A stretch of DNA of 54,619 nt, counting the filler, from Squatina squatina (lineage: Eukaryota), in NCBI GenBank assembly GCA_031763465.1. It is 4 parts of 4 records of this genome, joined end to end, with 100 filler letters (N's around TTAATTAATTAA, not from the genome) between each part and the next. Parts side by side here need not be neighbours in the genome. Positions count along the whole stretch, not along the records: positions 25,169 to 40,855 come from JARFOE010000080.1; positions 40,956 to 54,619 come from JARFOE010000046.1; 2 more parts are not named here. One strand, 5' to 3'. Position 1 is the stretch's first letter. Each line of letters starts with the position of its first letter. The notes under the pieces were generated by a model that did not search any database, was not told the origin of the DNA, and was given only the letters and a program-made list of their open reading frames with translations. A program made the position numbers and the translations under genes. Below are positions 35,577-47,137 of this stretch, piece by piece.

Positions 35577-38500
35577 NNNNNNNNNNNNNNNNNNNNNNNN
35601 NNNNNNNNNNNNNNNNNNNNNNNNNNNNNNNNNNNNNNNNNNNNNNNNNNNNNNNNNNNNNNNNNNNNNNNNNNNNGCCCCCAAATGAAGATTATTTCAT
35701 GTCAATCATGATTTACACAGTCCTTGGTTTTTTCAATGTTTAATCACATAAAATAGCAACACGTTAGTAAACAAACCATATTTCACTTCAACAACGAGAT
35801 GAACCATTCATATGTGCAGTCATATTTACATGTATAAAGTGTCACTGTGTTTTCAATGCAAAAGCAAACGAAAGGCATCCAGGCCCTTCATCCCTTTCCA
35901 AACACAAAAATTACTTTGCATCCACTGAAGTGAAAATAAAGAAATATGTTTTAGTACTTTTATCATACAGTCTAGCTGCATCTTAACATTCTAAATATCA
36001 CATTATCACTAATTTTGTGGCATAAATGGCTGAAATATCAAGTCTATTTGTTTTGAAAATGTTCATTTTTCACAAATCTATGTTATTAATAGCTTTGTGA
36101 ATGTGGTTTTGTGTGATGTTGTGCTTTAGTGTTATACTGGTCCTCATAACTTGTGGTTTGATCCATGTTACATGGTATTATCAGTCACATGGGGCCAATC
36201 AGGTTGGCACCCAAATAAAACAAAGCTGATCTCATACCAGCTTGCTTATTCTGGAAACTAGCCTCCCTCTGCCGAGGCAGACTCTGCTGCCAGCCTTTTC
36301 CCTTCCCTCTCCTGTCCTAACTCCACAGCCAGTGTCTCTTACTAGCTGACTGCCACTCCATACCCAGATGTGCCGGACACAACAGTTTGACTTTATTCTC
36401 AGCCCACAAACAAAGGCTATTTAAAGTGAATTTTGTACTCATTATGCTCAGGGAAATCAGTCATGGGATCTGGAACAGTCTTTTTTCCATTTTGCCAGTT
36501 GTCATCATCAAAAACTTTCATCAATTATAGTAAATGCCAGATGTAGAATTCTGCAGAAGTGTGGATTTGTAAGTTTCTCACATCAGCCATTCTTATGGTT
36601 CTCTGAATAACACTGCAAATCTGCCAAACTTTTAATTCTGTGCCATGAACCCACCCCCAGTAGTAATTCAGTTGAGATTATCTCAGACTCATCACCCCTT
36701 TTTGTGAGAAATTTATGTCGACAAAAAGTATAATGGAGGTTAAATGTAACAAAGTATTCCAAACCACGTTTTAAGACTTTTATGTCAGGATTATGTGACC
36801 AATAAAACATTTTATGAAAGAAGCATGATCTGAAAAACATTTCAAGGACCACTAAGGCAGAATGGCTTACATTAGAAAATAAATATCCAAGCTGTGAGAC
36901 ATTGAAGAACAGAAATTAATTGTTTTAACTTAACCAAAGAGCTTTGCTCAGTGTTACAAACAATCCTGTTGAAGTGTTGTGTGCAGTTCAGTTGAGTTAT
37001 TTTGTGCAGTTCAATGACTATAAATTCTACATTTTTAAAAAAAAAAACAAAAGTGTTAACAGCTTGAGGCTAAGCTTAAAGCTGTTGTATCCTTTAGGGG
37101 CCTGCTTAAACTATAATTCAAATGCAATGCTTCCTATGTGACATACTCAAACCCTGCGGAAACATTTATAAATCACAAAATTCATCACATCAAACCACAG
37201 TTTCTATTGCATGGGAAATGGGGTACCCATTTTTACTGCACAGTAGATTTTAAAACAAGTCAATTTCCTGAATCTAAATAAAGAAAAATAAGGACTTGTA
37301 ATAGGTGCGAGTTAACAATAAGGGATATTTTAACTTTCCACAATAAGTAGTTCACAAGGCAAATTGAGATATATTTGAAAATGTTCACAGTTAATTCTTT
37401 TAGCAACATTATCTGTACATGTATATTTTATTTCAAGTAAGCCTGAAATTAATGTGCATCTTAACCTAAATGGCATTTCAGTTTTGAAAATAAATTGCTA
37501 GTATTTTCAGGGCAGTATGAACAAGAGTTACTGAGNNNNNNNNNNNNNNNNNNNNNNNNNNNNNNNNNNNNNNNNNNNNNNNNNNNNNNNNNNNNNNNNN
37601 NNNNNNNNNNNNNNNNNNNNNNNNNNNNNNNNNNNNNNNNNNNNNNNNNNNNNNNNNNNNNNNNNNNNNNNNNNNNNNNNNNNNNNNNNNNNNNNNNNNN
37701 NNNNNNNNNNNNNNNNNNNNNNNNNNNNNNNNNNNNNNNNNNNNNNNNNNNNNNNNNNNNNNNNNNNNNNNNNNNNNNNNNNNNNNNNNNNNNNNNNNNN
37801 NNNNNNNNNNNNNNNNNNNNNNNNNAATATGTGTTTTCATCTTAAACAAACAGAGGCTGAAAAATCCTATTACATAACCTATTTGGCCAATTAGAGACTT
37901 TAAGTTCACAAGCTATATTGTAACATTTAGTGTCACTTTACCTTAAAGAAAGTACTCCCTAAGTATTAGAGTTATAACAGTAACTATCTTACCAACCATA
38001 ACTAATCACCATTACCACATTCGAAGAAGCATATCTGGTCATAACTTGTTTGCAGCAGCTGTTCTTTTTTAGGTTACGAAACTTGCATCAGCCAAGAAGT
38101 ACCTTATTGACTAAATCAAGGCAGCATTTCAAACATGAAACCCTTTTACATTCTTTTTATACCACTCAAATTATTTCAATGTGATTCAAAATTACTTTCA
38201 AAGGAACCATAAGTTTGACACGTTGGAAGCACTGTAACGTCACCATGGGCCTGAAATTGATGGAGCCAGATATCACAATATTTACAATATAGATATATAC
38301 AGTATCCCATCACTATGACATCTGTATTGACCTCAATGATGTTCTAGAAAAAAAGTCTTCTGTACTTTTTTGCTCTACCTTAATGTTCTCCAGTTTTTAT
38401 ATGGCAACTGTATTATATTTCTAAATACTGTAGAATGATTTCTAAAATAGAAGACAGCTTTTCTGTCAAGTATGTATCCCAACTTTACTGAAAAAGTGCA

Positions 38501-38756
38501 ATTTAGTACTGTGGTGATATTTGCAATATGAGACACATACAAATAGATGGCTAGCAATAATTCATTGGAAGGCACCTAACAAATATGCGGCAAATATATC
38601 CTTTGCCCAAGGTGAAAGGCTCAAATCGATATCATTGATTAATAACTATATTAATTAAATGTAGTGTAGTAAAAAGAAAATACTTTCGTTCACTTTATAA
38701 GTGTTACCACCACCATTAGGTTCATCTCAGAATTCGTGTAATTCTTTCTAATGGTT

Positions 38757-40733
38757 TTATCCAAAAATAGTCGACTTTGGTCTAATTTTCAATGCGCTTT
38801 TTGGATCTCTCTGATCACCGGTTCCTCGAAGCGAGGATGTAGTATGAATAATCTGTGTTTTAAACCTTATTCTATTGAGTTTCATCTTGTTTGCCGAGGT
38901 TTTCCGGCTGACTGCTTTTGCAGGCGCGCCATCATAAGCCTCTTCTTCAGGAGCATTGGTCAGTTTGTGTGTCAGGTTGGCGGGAAGAACTTTCGATAAT
39001 CTCCAACGGCCACTTCCATTCTGTAATGCGCTTTCAGAGTCAGAGTTTCTAGATGCACCAATAAGACTTCTCAATTCTTCAGAAATCTCTTGGCCAAGGT
39101 ATTGCCACGCCTTTTTACCACTGTAGTCCCTAATGTCTACATCANNNNNNNNNNGTTTCACTACTTCTGTATGTCCATGCATGGCAGCCAAATGTAGAGG
39201 GGTGTAACCGCCACTAGATCGAATATTAATATTGATTGGAATGTCATGTTTTCCTGCATAATTAACAAGCATTGCCAATAATTCCGGTTTACCGTGTTTT
39301 GCTGCCCAATGAATGCATGTAAACCCCGTGACAAAATCTTTCCAAGTGATCAGACTGGGATCAGCTGCCAGCAATGCTTTGAGGCTATCCCATCTGCCTT
39401 CCGAAGCATGTATCATCCACTCATGTTCCAAGGGATCAAGTGTTACCGATCCAGTATCTTCATCGTCCAGTTTTGAAGACGTCAAAGAGGTGGAGTCGCT
39501 ATCGTTTCTACTAGATCCCGAATCTCCTTGCTTAACATTTGGGAAGGCGACAACAGGATTATTGTAAACAACACTGCGTCTAAGCTGAGGTGAACTACTA
39601 ATCATTCGTTCTCTAAAGTTTTTCCTACTCGATCTGGGTGTACTTAACAAGCTTTCACTGTGAGCACACGATGCATCGGTCGTATTCTCAACCGCGTTTC
39701 CATCATCACAATAACTACTGGTCCGATTTGCCGCCAGGATGCGCTGTAANNNNNNNNNNNNNNNNNNNNNNNNNNNNNNNNNNNNNNNNNNNNNNNNNNN
39801 NNNNNNNNNNNNNNNNNNNNNNNNNNNNNNNNNNNNNNNNNNNNNNNNNNNNNNNNNNNNNNNNNNNNNNNNNNNNNNNNNNNNNNNNNNNNNNNNNNNN
39901 NNNNNNNNNNNNNNNNNNNNNNNNNNNNNNNNNNNNNNNNNNNNNNNNNNNNNNNNNNNNNNNNNNNNNNNNNNNNNNNNNNNNNNNNNNNNNNNNNNNN
40001 NNNNNNTACTCGGAACACCCTTATTGGAGTCTTGATTTGGCAAGGCTTCGCCCAAATCAGTGATAAATTGAAAGGATTCGGCCACCAATTTCGTTGATTG
40101 ATTAAGCTCGGTTTGGACTCGATTCCCCCTGTCTATGTTTATATTCGACACTGTTAGATTCTTATTTGATGAAGAAACATGTTTTTTAAGAGAGCTGCTG
40201 TGAGTAGGGGAGTGTCGCGCAATTCGCCCATCTTCTTGAAAACTATGCTGGTCCTCGGGTGCAGACTGATTACTTTTAGTGCATTCTTCAAGACATGAAT
40301 TGTCCAAACACCCATTGTCAACAACTAAGGTTGAAAGTACTAATTTTGACGGATCTGTCAAGGCTCCTTCACCTTGTTTTTGTGATTCTGCAGATGATCC
40401 GATACTGATTGCTCCACATTGCCTGTCACCATTTTCCACACCACCACCATCATCATCATCTTTACTCCCATGCCCCCCAACATCAGCACACGCTTCAGAC
40501 CAGTTAATTTTACCCCGGTACTTCTTCTTTAAACAAATATACTTCACCCCGTCTTCTTGTACCACAAGCCCCACTTTGTTCACGAACTCTTTGAACAGTC
40601 CTCGAGCGTTTGCCCTCGTCTTGGGGTTGTTCAAAAAAATTGTAAAATGTTCCAGCAACTCCGCGCTCTCCACTTTCCCTCCTCTCTCCGACACAAACTG
40701 CCACACGGCGTTCAAGCTAAATTCCGTTGCCAT
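38757..40733 (-). CDS. SOWAHC: Sosondowah ankyrin repeat protein C, single exon (gaps at 39145-39154 and 39750-40006)
   Basis: SOWAH N-terminal domain (ERGGKV...ELLEHF...ARGLFKEFVN...EDGVKY), VTLDPLEHEWM, and ankyrin repeats (DFVTGFTCIHWAAKHGK; SSGGYTPLHLAAMHGH; DVDIRDYSGKKAWQYL). The C-terminus RIRFKTQIIHTT...RPKSTIFG is typical of SOWAHC. Confidence 0.88.
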   Translation of the reverse strand: MATEFSLNAVWQFVSERGGKVESAELLEHFTIFLNNPKTRANARGLFKEFVNKVGLVVQEDGVKYICLKKKYRGKINWSEACADVGGHGSKDDDDGGGVENGDRQCGAISIGSSAESQKQGEGALTDPSKLVLSTLVVDNGCLDNSCLEECTKSNQSAPEDQHSFQEDGRIARHSPTHSSSLKKHVSSSNKNLTVSNINIDRGNRVQTELNQSTKLVAESFQFITDLGEALPNQDSNKGVPSXXXXXXXXXXXXXXXXXXXXXXXXXXXXXXXXXXXXXXXXXXXXXXXXXXXXXXXXXXXXXXXXXXXXXXXXXXXXXXXXXXXXXXLQRILAANRTSSYCDDGNAVENTTDASCAHSESLLSTPRSSRKNFRERMISSSPQLRRSVVYNNPVVAFPNVKQGDSGSSRNDSDSTSLTSSKLDDEDTGSVTLDPLEHEWMIHASEGRWDSLKALLAADPSLITWKDFVTGFTCIHWAAKHGKPELLAMLVNYAGKHDIPININIRSSGGYTPLHLAAMHGHTEVVKXXXXDVDIRDYSGKKAWQYLGQEISEELRSLIGASRNSDSESALQNGSGRWRLSKVLPANLTHKLTNAPEEEAYDGAPAKAVSRKTSANKMKLNRIRFKTQIIHTTSSLRGTGDQRDPKSALKIRPKSTIFG

Positions 40734-40855
40734 TACGATATTTTGTTTTTAGCAGCGTTTTTTCAACAGACGGGCTTGGCGGTGACGGCAACAACCTCGA
40801 AGAGACATCATTGTACCCGCCTCTTTTTTTTTCGCTAGCCTGTTTCCAAGCGTAG

Positions 40856-40955
40856 NNNNNNNNNNNNNNNNNNNNNNNNNNNNNNNNNNNNNNNNNNNNT
40901 TAATTAATTAANNNNNNNNNNNNNNNNNNNNNNNNNNNNNNNNNNNNNNNNNNNN
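40856..40955. other. Artificial scaffold-joining spacer
   Basis: N44-TTAATTAATTAA-N44. Confidence 0.97.
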
Positions 40956-41042
40956 GATGATCAGCCATGATCATATTGAATGGTGGTGCAGGCTCGAAGG
41001 GCCTAATGGCCTACTCCTGCACCTATTTTCTAAGTTTCTATG
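40956..41042 (+). mobile_element. CR1 3'UTR/tail
   Basis: gatcagccatgatcatattgaatggtggtgcaggctcgaagggcctaatggcctactcctgcacctattttctaagtttctatg. Confidence 0.85.
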
Positions 41043-41732
41043 TATCATGATTTCTTTAAAGAAACTAGAAATTCAATGTAAAGCATCCATACAATAGGTA
41101 TGAGATCATTATCCATAAACCAATAAGCTTTCTTCAGTCTAACGAGACCATATTCAAAATAACAGCACTAAAATCAGTTGTCCAAGGTACATCTCTACCA
41201 GGTATTTCAATCGATCCTTGACACGAAAATGAATTTTAGAAGTTATATAGTAACAAGCACAAGAGCAGTTTTTAAACATGTTTTTCCCTGGTGGATCCCA
41301 AGGAGCAGAAATTCCATCTTAAAATATCCTATAAAAGCTTGTCATTGGCAGGGCAGGAACTTAGAAACACATCCCATAACACACAGTTCTATGGCTAGTA
41401 CATGTTCCTACTCACCCAATGTGTGAAGTGTTTCCATGGCAATTGGGCCTAAAGAAATTGGGGTCCTTCTTTGATTTATTTTTACTGTACCAAATTCCTG
41501 CCCTCAATGCTGGACGAATGAAAATTGATAAATTTTAAATAGTATGTTTTCTTTAACACAATGTTGTAATAGCCAGAAAGCAGTCCTCATTCTAAAACTA
41601 ACTTCTGTTGAATTGCGCTCATTAGGCCAATGAGCCTAATTATAAGTTTTGCAATTAGTCATACATACTTAAATTTGGGCATCAATTTAGTGGAACCCCA
41701 GGCGCTTGACTTGCCTACCTTCTTTGATGTTT

Positions 41733-42185
41733 TCATGTTTCAAACTGTGTCAGCAGGGCCCGCACCTCAGGTGTCAGCTGCTTTGCAGCCTTGGCTGCCT
41801 CTGTGATGGCCTTACGGTAAAGGCCCTTTCTCTTCTTGTTAAACCGTGACTGGAAGTTTTCTAAAAACGGGGAGACTTGTGAAAGAGCCAGGAAAGATGT
41901 TGTTGGGGACCCAAACCATGAAATTCTGGCCTCCTGTCTTACTAAAAAGCCATTATCTTTCCGGCTTACAGTTATAATAAGTATGCGGGCAGGCCACCAA
42001 GGGAAGCCGTAAATCTTGGCCCAAACAATGTCCCCTACACATATGGTCTTGCAATCTGGAGTCACACACTTAGAGACATTTTTGGTAAAGACTTTCAGTT
42101 TCAAGGAATTAGTGAGTTTTTCTTCTTTTGAGGAGGAGGAGCAAGGTACATGCATGCTGCCTGGAGGAAAGTCAAATGTTTCAGA
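41733..42185 (-). pseudogene. PWWP2A: PWWP2A C-terminal segment (PWWP domain) of an interrupted gene
   Basis: SETFDFPPGSMH...KVFTKNVSKCVTPD..TICVGDIVWAKIYGFPWWPARIL...FGSPTTSFLALSQ...KQLTPEVRALLTQFET*. Homology starts abruptly at ~42185 with no clear polypyrimidine-AG acceptor. Confidence 0.75.
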
Positions 42186-43087
42186 CAGTGATTCAATTGT
42201 TTGATTGTTTTTAGTTTGTTTTAAACTTGTTTCTTTGTGGTCTGCTGCAACTCTTGCACAATGCCACGGGCCACCTACTAGTATGTGTGTACGTGGAATC
42301 TTCCGCGGTAAGTTGGAGCATTCACGGTTTTACAAGGACAGAAATATTATACCACGTAAAACAGAATGTAGCCTGTTCCCTTTAAGGTTGGATGGTGTAA
42401 TTGTTCTACATTCTTGAACTGAACGGTCAGCTCATTTGAGGATCAGGTTGCAGATGAGAAAGCTAGCTTTGTTTGATTGACAGGTCAATTAAGAGTTTGT
42501 AGACACTGTGGAATTGGTGAGTTGCCAGAGAGTGAGAGAGAGACCTGAATCACAGAACATTTTAAAATTGTTTTGCATCTGTAAGAATGACCTTAGTATG
42601 GGATCTCGTGCAAACTATCTGAATTATAAGAATAATTGTTTGAAAAATTGAAACCTCCTACATTTGTACCAAACTTGTTTAAGTGTTCTAAACAATGATT
42701 CAATTGTTTGATTGTTTTCAGTTTTAAGTTGCTTCATTGTGGCCTGTTCCAACTCTTGAGAAAATACAAGTGAGGACTCTGGGGAGCAGGGCAGGGGGTT
42801 ATTCCCGAGGGACAATGACACAAAACAGGTAGGGTAGAATAACTCTGCCAATGAGAAAAAGAAATGCAGNNNNNNNNNNNNNNNNNNNNNNNNNNNNNNN
42901 NNNNNNNNNNNNNNNNNNNNNNNNNNNNNNNNNNNNNNNNNNNNNNNNNNNNNNNNNNNNNNNNNNNNNTGCGGTCGCTGTAATGGGTGAATGTATCAGT
43001 TGTTGATGTTGATGCTACATATGTCGCATGTACGATTTCGGGCTGGGAAGCTGCCAATTTCGTATTGCCTTACGTCTAGCCGCTCAC

Positions 43088-43610
43088 TTCTTTGTGGTCC
43101 GTTTTCAGTCTCTTTGACATAGCAGGCATACTGTCATTTTTTCGTTTTTTGTCCTCATTTCGAGAAGTGTCATTTGTGCTGCCACCCCTTTTCAACTCCT
43201 TTTTATCTGCAGAAATACTATTTTTGCATCGGTCACACAGAACTTGTCTTGGTCTAAGTTTAATAGAGTTCATTATGGAAGTAGACTCTTTGAACATTTT
43301 CCTTTTCGGTCGCTTAATCCTTCTTGGAGGCGGCTGAGGTATAGACTGGTTATATGTATGTCTGATAAACAATGGAGGAGGGTAAGGTGCTCCTTCGTAA
43401 AATAATGGTGCAGGGTTTGCAGTCCACAGGCTTTCAGCCACATTAGGTTGTGTGGAGGGTACCAAAGATGCCTCTTCACAAGTACCTGTAGATTTTGAAT
43501 TTTGCTGGGTCTGTTGCCGGAATGGTTCACACTGAAATTGCAGGTGGTCAGCTTTATCCTTGTATTCCCTTTTTGGAAGTACAGTCACAGGAATTCCATA
43601 TGGCCCAAAC
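43088..43610 (-). pseudogene. PWWP2A: PWWP2A exon 2, 5' segment
   Basis: Acceptor ccttctcag|G. Reads FGPYGIPVTVLPKREYKDK...AESLWT..PLFYEGAPYPPPLFIR.TYNQSIPQPPPR.IKRPKRK...IKLRPRQVLCD.CKNS...KRLKTDHK, then VSG* and unrelated sequence. Confidence 0.75.
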
Positions 43611-44239
43611 CTGAGAAGGTACAGCACAAGTGTGTCAGTCTTGCATCAGGTTTTCACATTTTGCCCCGACCTTGCTGTCATAAAATAAAAATGCACTGTT
43701 CTTCAATAGAAGCCCTAATTTCCAAGCTAACCATACCATTTTTTTTTTTAAATCTTGAGCAATTCTGGTCTCTTTCAGCTCCGGTAAAAAGGCTAAAAAT
43801 ACCAAAATTGCTGACTGTGGTGACAACACAAGTGACATTAAACTACTGTTAATAATATACCACCCACACTCTTGAAATAAGAATCTAGAGCTACACTTTT
43901 TTTTAAAAAACAGCAGACAGGAGGGACAGCTTCAATGCAGAATTTTACTGGACTCGCTCCTCTTCTACCTTGCAAATATGGATTACGTTAAAAAAAAGTC
44001 TATGATCAAACCTCCTTGTTATAAACTGACACAGCTCAAGATTGTAGCTTTCAAAATGAAACGTTCATTCTAGTTCGAGGTTATCTCCCAAACAGACTTG
44101 TAAGATGTCGGTCAGAATGCAGTTTGATTTCATTCACTCAATATAATCCAGGAATGGAGTTTGTGGGATTTGTACAATTTATTTCCATTTTTTGGTAGCT
44201 GCAGTAACCGACCTTTCTGGGTACTTGCTTACCTTTTTT

Positions 44240-44330
44240 TTAAAATTCGTTCCTGGGATGTGGGTGTTGCTGGCAAGGCCAGCATTTATTGCCCATCCCG
44301 AGTTGCCCTTGAGAAGGTGATGAGCCGCCT
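44240..44330 (-). mobile_element. HER1/HE1-type (elasmobranch LINE/SINE) 3' end
   Basis: The reverse complement reads ...gggatgggcaataaatgctggccttgccagcaacacccacatcccaggaacgaattt, a common shark retroposon 3' terminus. Confidence 0.65.
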
Positions 44331-44430
44331 NNNNNNNNNNNNNNNNNNNNNNNNNNNNNNNNNNNNNNNNNNNNNNNNNNNNNNNNNNNNNNNNNNNNNN
44401 NNNNNNNNNNNNNNNNNNNNNNNNNNNNNN

Positions 44431-44863
44431 CACCTGCTCTGCCACTTCGGCCCAGGCTCTCCTAATGCTCCGCGCTGTGCCCCTTCTTCCAGCCTGCGGA
44501 TATATTATGGGGGCCCTCCTCCGGACTGCGTCCACCAGTGCCTCGAGGGCTCGCTCGCTAAAGCGAGGTGCCCTCACTCCACCTGCGAGTGGGGCTTCCA
44601 TTGCTCCGTTTCCTTCCCTCAATGGACCTCCAACCTCCAACCTCCACTTTCCAAATATCCTCTCCTCCACCTCCTGAACTGACCTAAGCAGTGTCTGTAT
44701 GTGGGAGAAGAGCAATTTTAAGTGGGATGTTAGGTATTTGGAAGCAGTTAAGCTTGTAAAGTGGCTAATTGGGGCTTCACTGAAAATTTTCTGAGAGTCC
44801 CATTTCCAGCGCTAAATTCAGCGCTTAGCGCTAGAAACGCCCAAAACACGAATTGGCCGCCCC
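44431..44863 (-). mobile_element. Harbinger element end with Myb/SANT-like ORF start
   Basis: ATG at 44601 begins MEAPLAGGVRAPRFSERALEALVDAVRRRAPIIYPQ....RRAWAEVAEQV (Myb/SANT-like trihelix). Terminus CGAATTGGCCGCCCC. Confidence 0.85.
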
Positions 44864-46093
44864 AAAGATCAGACAAGGTTATAATACTGTCAGCTGGCAG
44901 GAAGAGTGTTTTGCACAGTCTTTATTACTTGGTTATAATATTCATGTGTGTTCTTCCTGACCTGTAATAATAAAGGTGACATCTTTATAATGTAACTGGG
45001 AACAGGATTTCCAAGTCATTATTTCTGCAGTGCTCAAGTACAGATCATATTAAATAATTTATTTTCTGTATTTTTCAGTGTCTGTTTTGGGAAGATTGAC
45101 AATCTTTGCCTTTTACCATTTTGTCACTGCACAGTGCCACTGTGAAATAAAGAGAACTTTCCCTCGTATTTATATTGGTGGAAACAATCTATTATGTTTA
45201 GATAACCATTCTCCTTAACAGTTACAAACTCATGAAAATTTACTGACAATTTCTTGGGGGTTGAAATTGTACTGTGCTATATTAAGAATGAACATTTTAA
45301 ACCTATTTATATTAAATTCCTCTGTCTGTTATTTTAACAAAGACGTGTGTGTATCCATTTAAAATGAACTGGTTTATGCCTTTTTTTAGAATAAAAAATG
45401 TTAATGCTTTTGTTACTAATATCGCACAGCATGATTCCAACCCCTGACCAAAAAAACTCATGTTCAACTGTCTCCCCCTGAATACAGAGCCAGCCCAGCA
45501 TCCATGTACAATCTGGTGCCTCAGATGTGGATAATGCTGCACTGTTGGAAGTTCCTATAGTCTGGCCTAACAGGATTAGCTGTCCTTTTGTAGTTGTTTT
45601 ATGCATTCTGTCTTTCCTTGAACAAATGTCAGTTCATGTTTCAGTCTAATAATTGTGATAGTTGCTGTTGGTACTGCTTTAACTGAGCCACTCTCTTTTC
45701 AAAAAGAAATAGATGTGAAAAATGCTTCCATAAATCTCATGGCATATTAGAAAACCCATATCAATACTTCAATTTCTGGTTCCATTACCAGTGCCTGGAC
45801 TTTCTGCACTTTTGATGACTTGCACTCTATCTTGCAACAGTGCAAGAAAAATATTGAGAGAATACAAATGAGACTCAATTGAAAACCTCTGGCTGCCGAT
45901 TAGATTCGACAGGCTCAACTCAATTTCCAGTCGCTCAGGGTACACTACAGAAGAAGATCTATAATTTGGCGTTAACTGACAAATTTACTCATANNNNNNN
46001 NNNNNNNNNNNNNNNNNNNNNNNNNNNNNNNNNNNNNNNNNNNNNNNNNNNNNNNNNNNNNNNNNNNNNNNNNNNNNNNNNNNNNNNNNNNNN

Positions 46094-47137
46094 TAATTGA
46101 ATTTTTTAAAGAAAGTAAATAAAGTAGTACGGGGGTGGGGGCGGTGAAATGTCTATGGATGTCATTTATATGGACTTCCAGAAGGCTGTTGGCTAACATT
46201 AAATCCCATGGAATTGAAGGAAAATTATTGACTTGGTAAGCTGGTAGAAGATGAGAGTCTGGATAAGTGTGACAAGTGGTGTCCCATTAGCTGGGTGCTC
46301 AACTATTTACTATTTATTCATGACTTCAACAACACAATAGTGAGTCATGTATCCAAGTTTGTCAATGACACAAAGGTTGGGGGCATAGTAGTGTGAATGG
46401 GAGCATAAAATTTATAGATAGATATTGATAGATTAAGTGAGTGGGCAAAACTTGGACCAAGAAAGGATAGATCTGCGCATTTTTTAAATGATGAAAAACT
46501 AGGAACAGTGGAGGTCTGCAGAGATTTAGGGGTCCATGTACAGAGATAACTAATATGTAGTCGTCCGGTACAAAAAATAATCAAAAAGGTGAATGGAATG
46601 TTGGCCTTTATATCTGGAGGACTAGAATATAAAAGGGAGAGCAAGTTTTGCTACAGCTATACAAAGCTTTGGTTAAACTATATCTGGAGTACTGCGTACA
46701 GTTCTGGGCACTGCACCTTGGAAAGGCTGTATTGACAATGGCAAGGGTGCAGTGGAGATTACCAGAATGATACCAGGGCTCCAAGGATTAAATTGAGAGG
46801 AGATTACATAAAGTAGGCTTGCATTCCCTGCAGTATAGAAGGTTAAGGGGCCATTTGGTGGAGGTTTTTAGGCTTTGGAAAAGAATTGATCGGGCAGATA
46901 GAGAGAAACTTTTCTGCTGGTGGGGAATGGGGTAAAACCTTAAAATCAGAGCCATGCCATTCAGNNNNNNNNNNNNNNNNNNNNNNNNNNNNNNNNNNNN
47001 NNNNNNNNNNNNNNNNNNNNNNNNNNNNNNNNNNNNNNNNNNNNNNNNNNNNNNNNNNNNNNNNATCTGGGACAAAGGTTCGGCACAACATCGTGGGCCG
47101 AAGGGCCTGTTATGTGCTGTATGTTCTATGTTCTATG
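46094..47137 (+). mobile_element. Decayed CR1 LINE fragments
   Basis: DVIYMDFQKA, SKFVNDTKVGG, NGMLAFISGGLEYK, LEYCVQFWA, and a CR1 tail tgttctatgttctatg after the gap. Confidence 0.85.
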
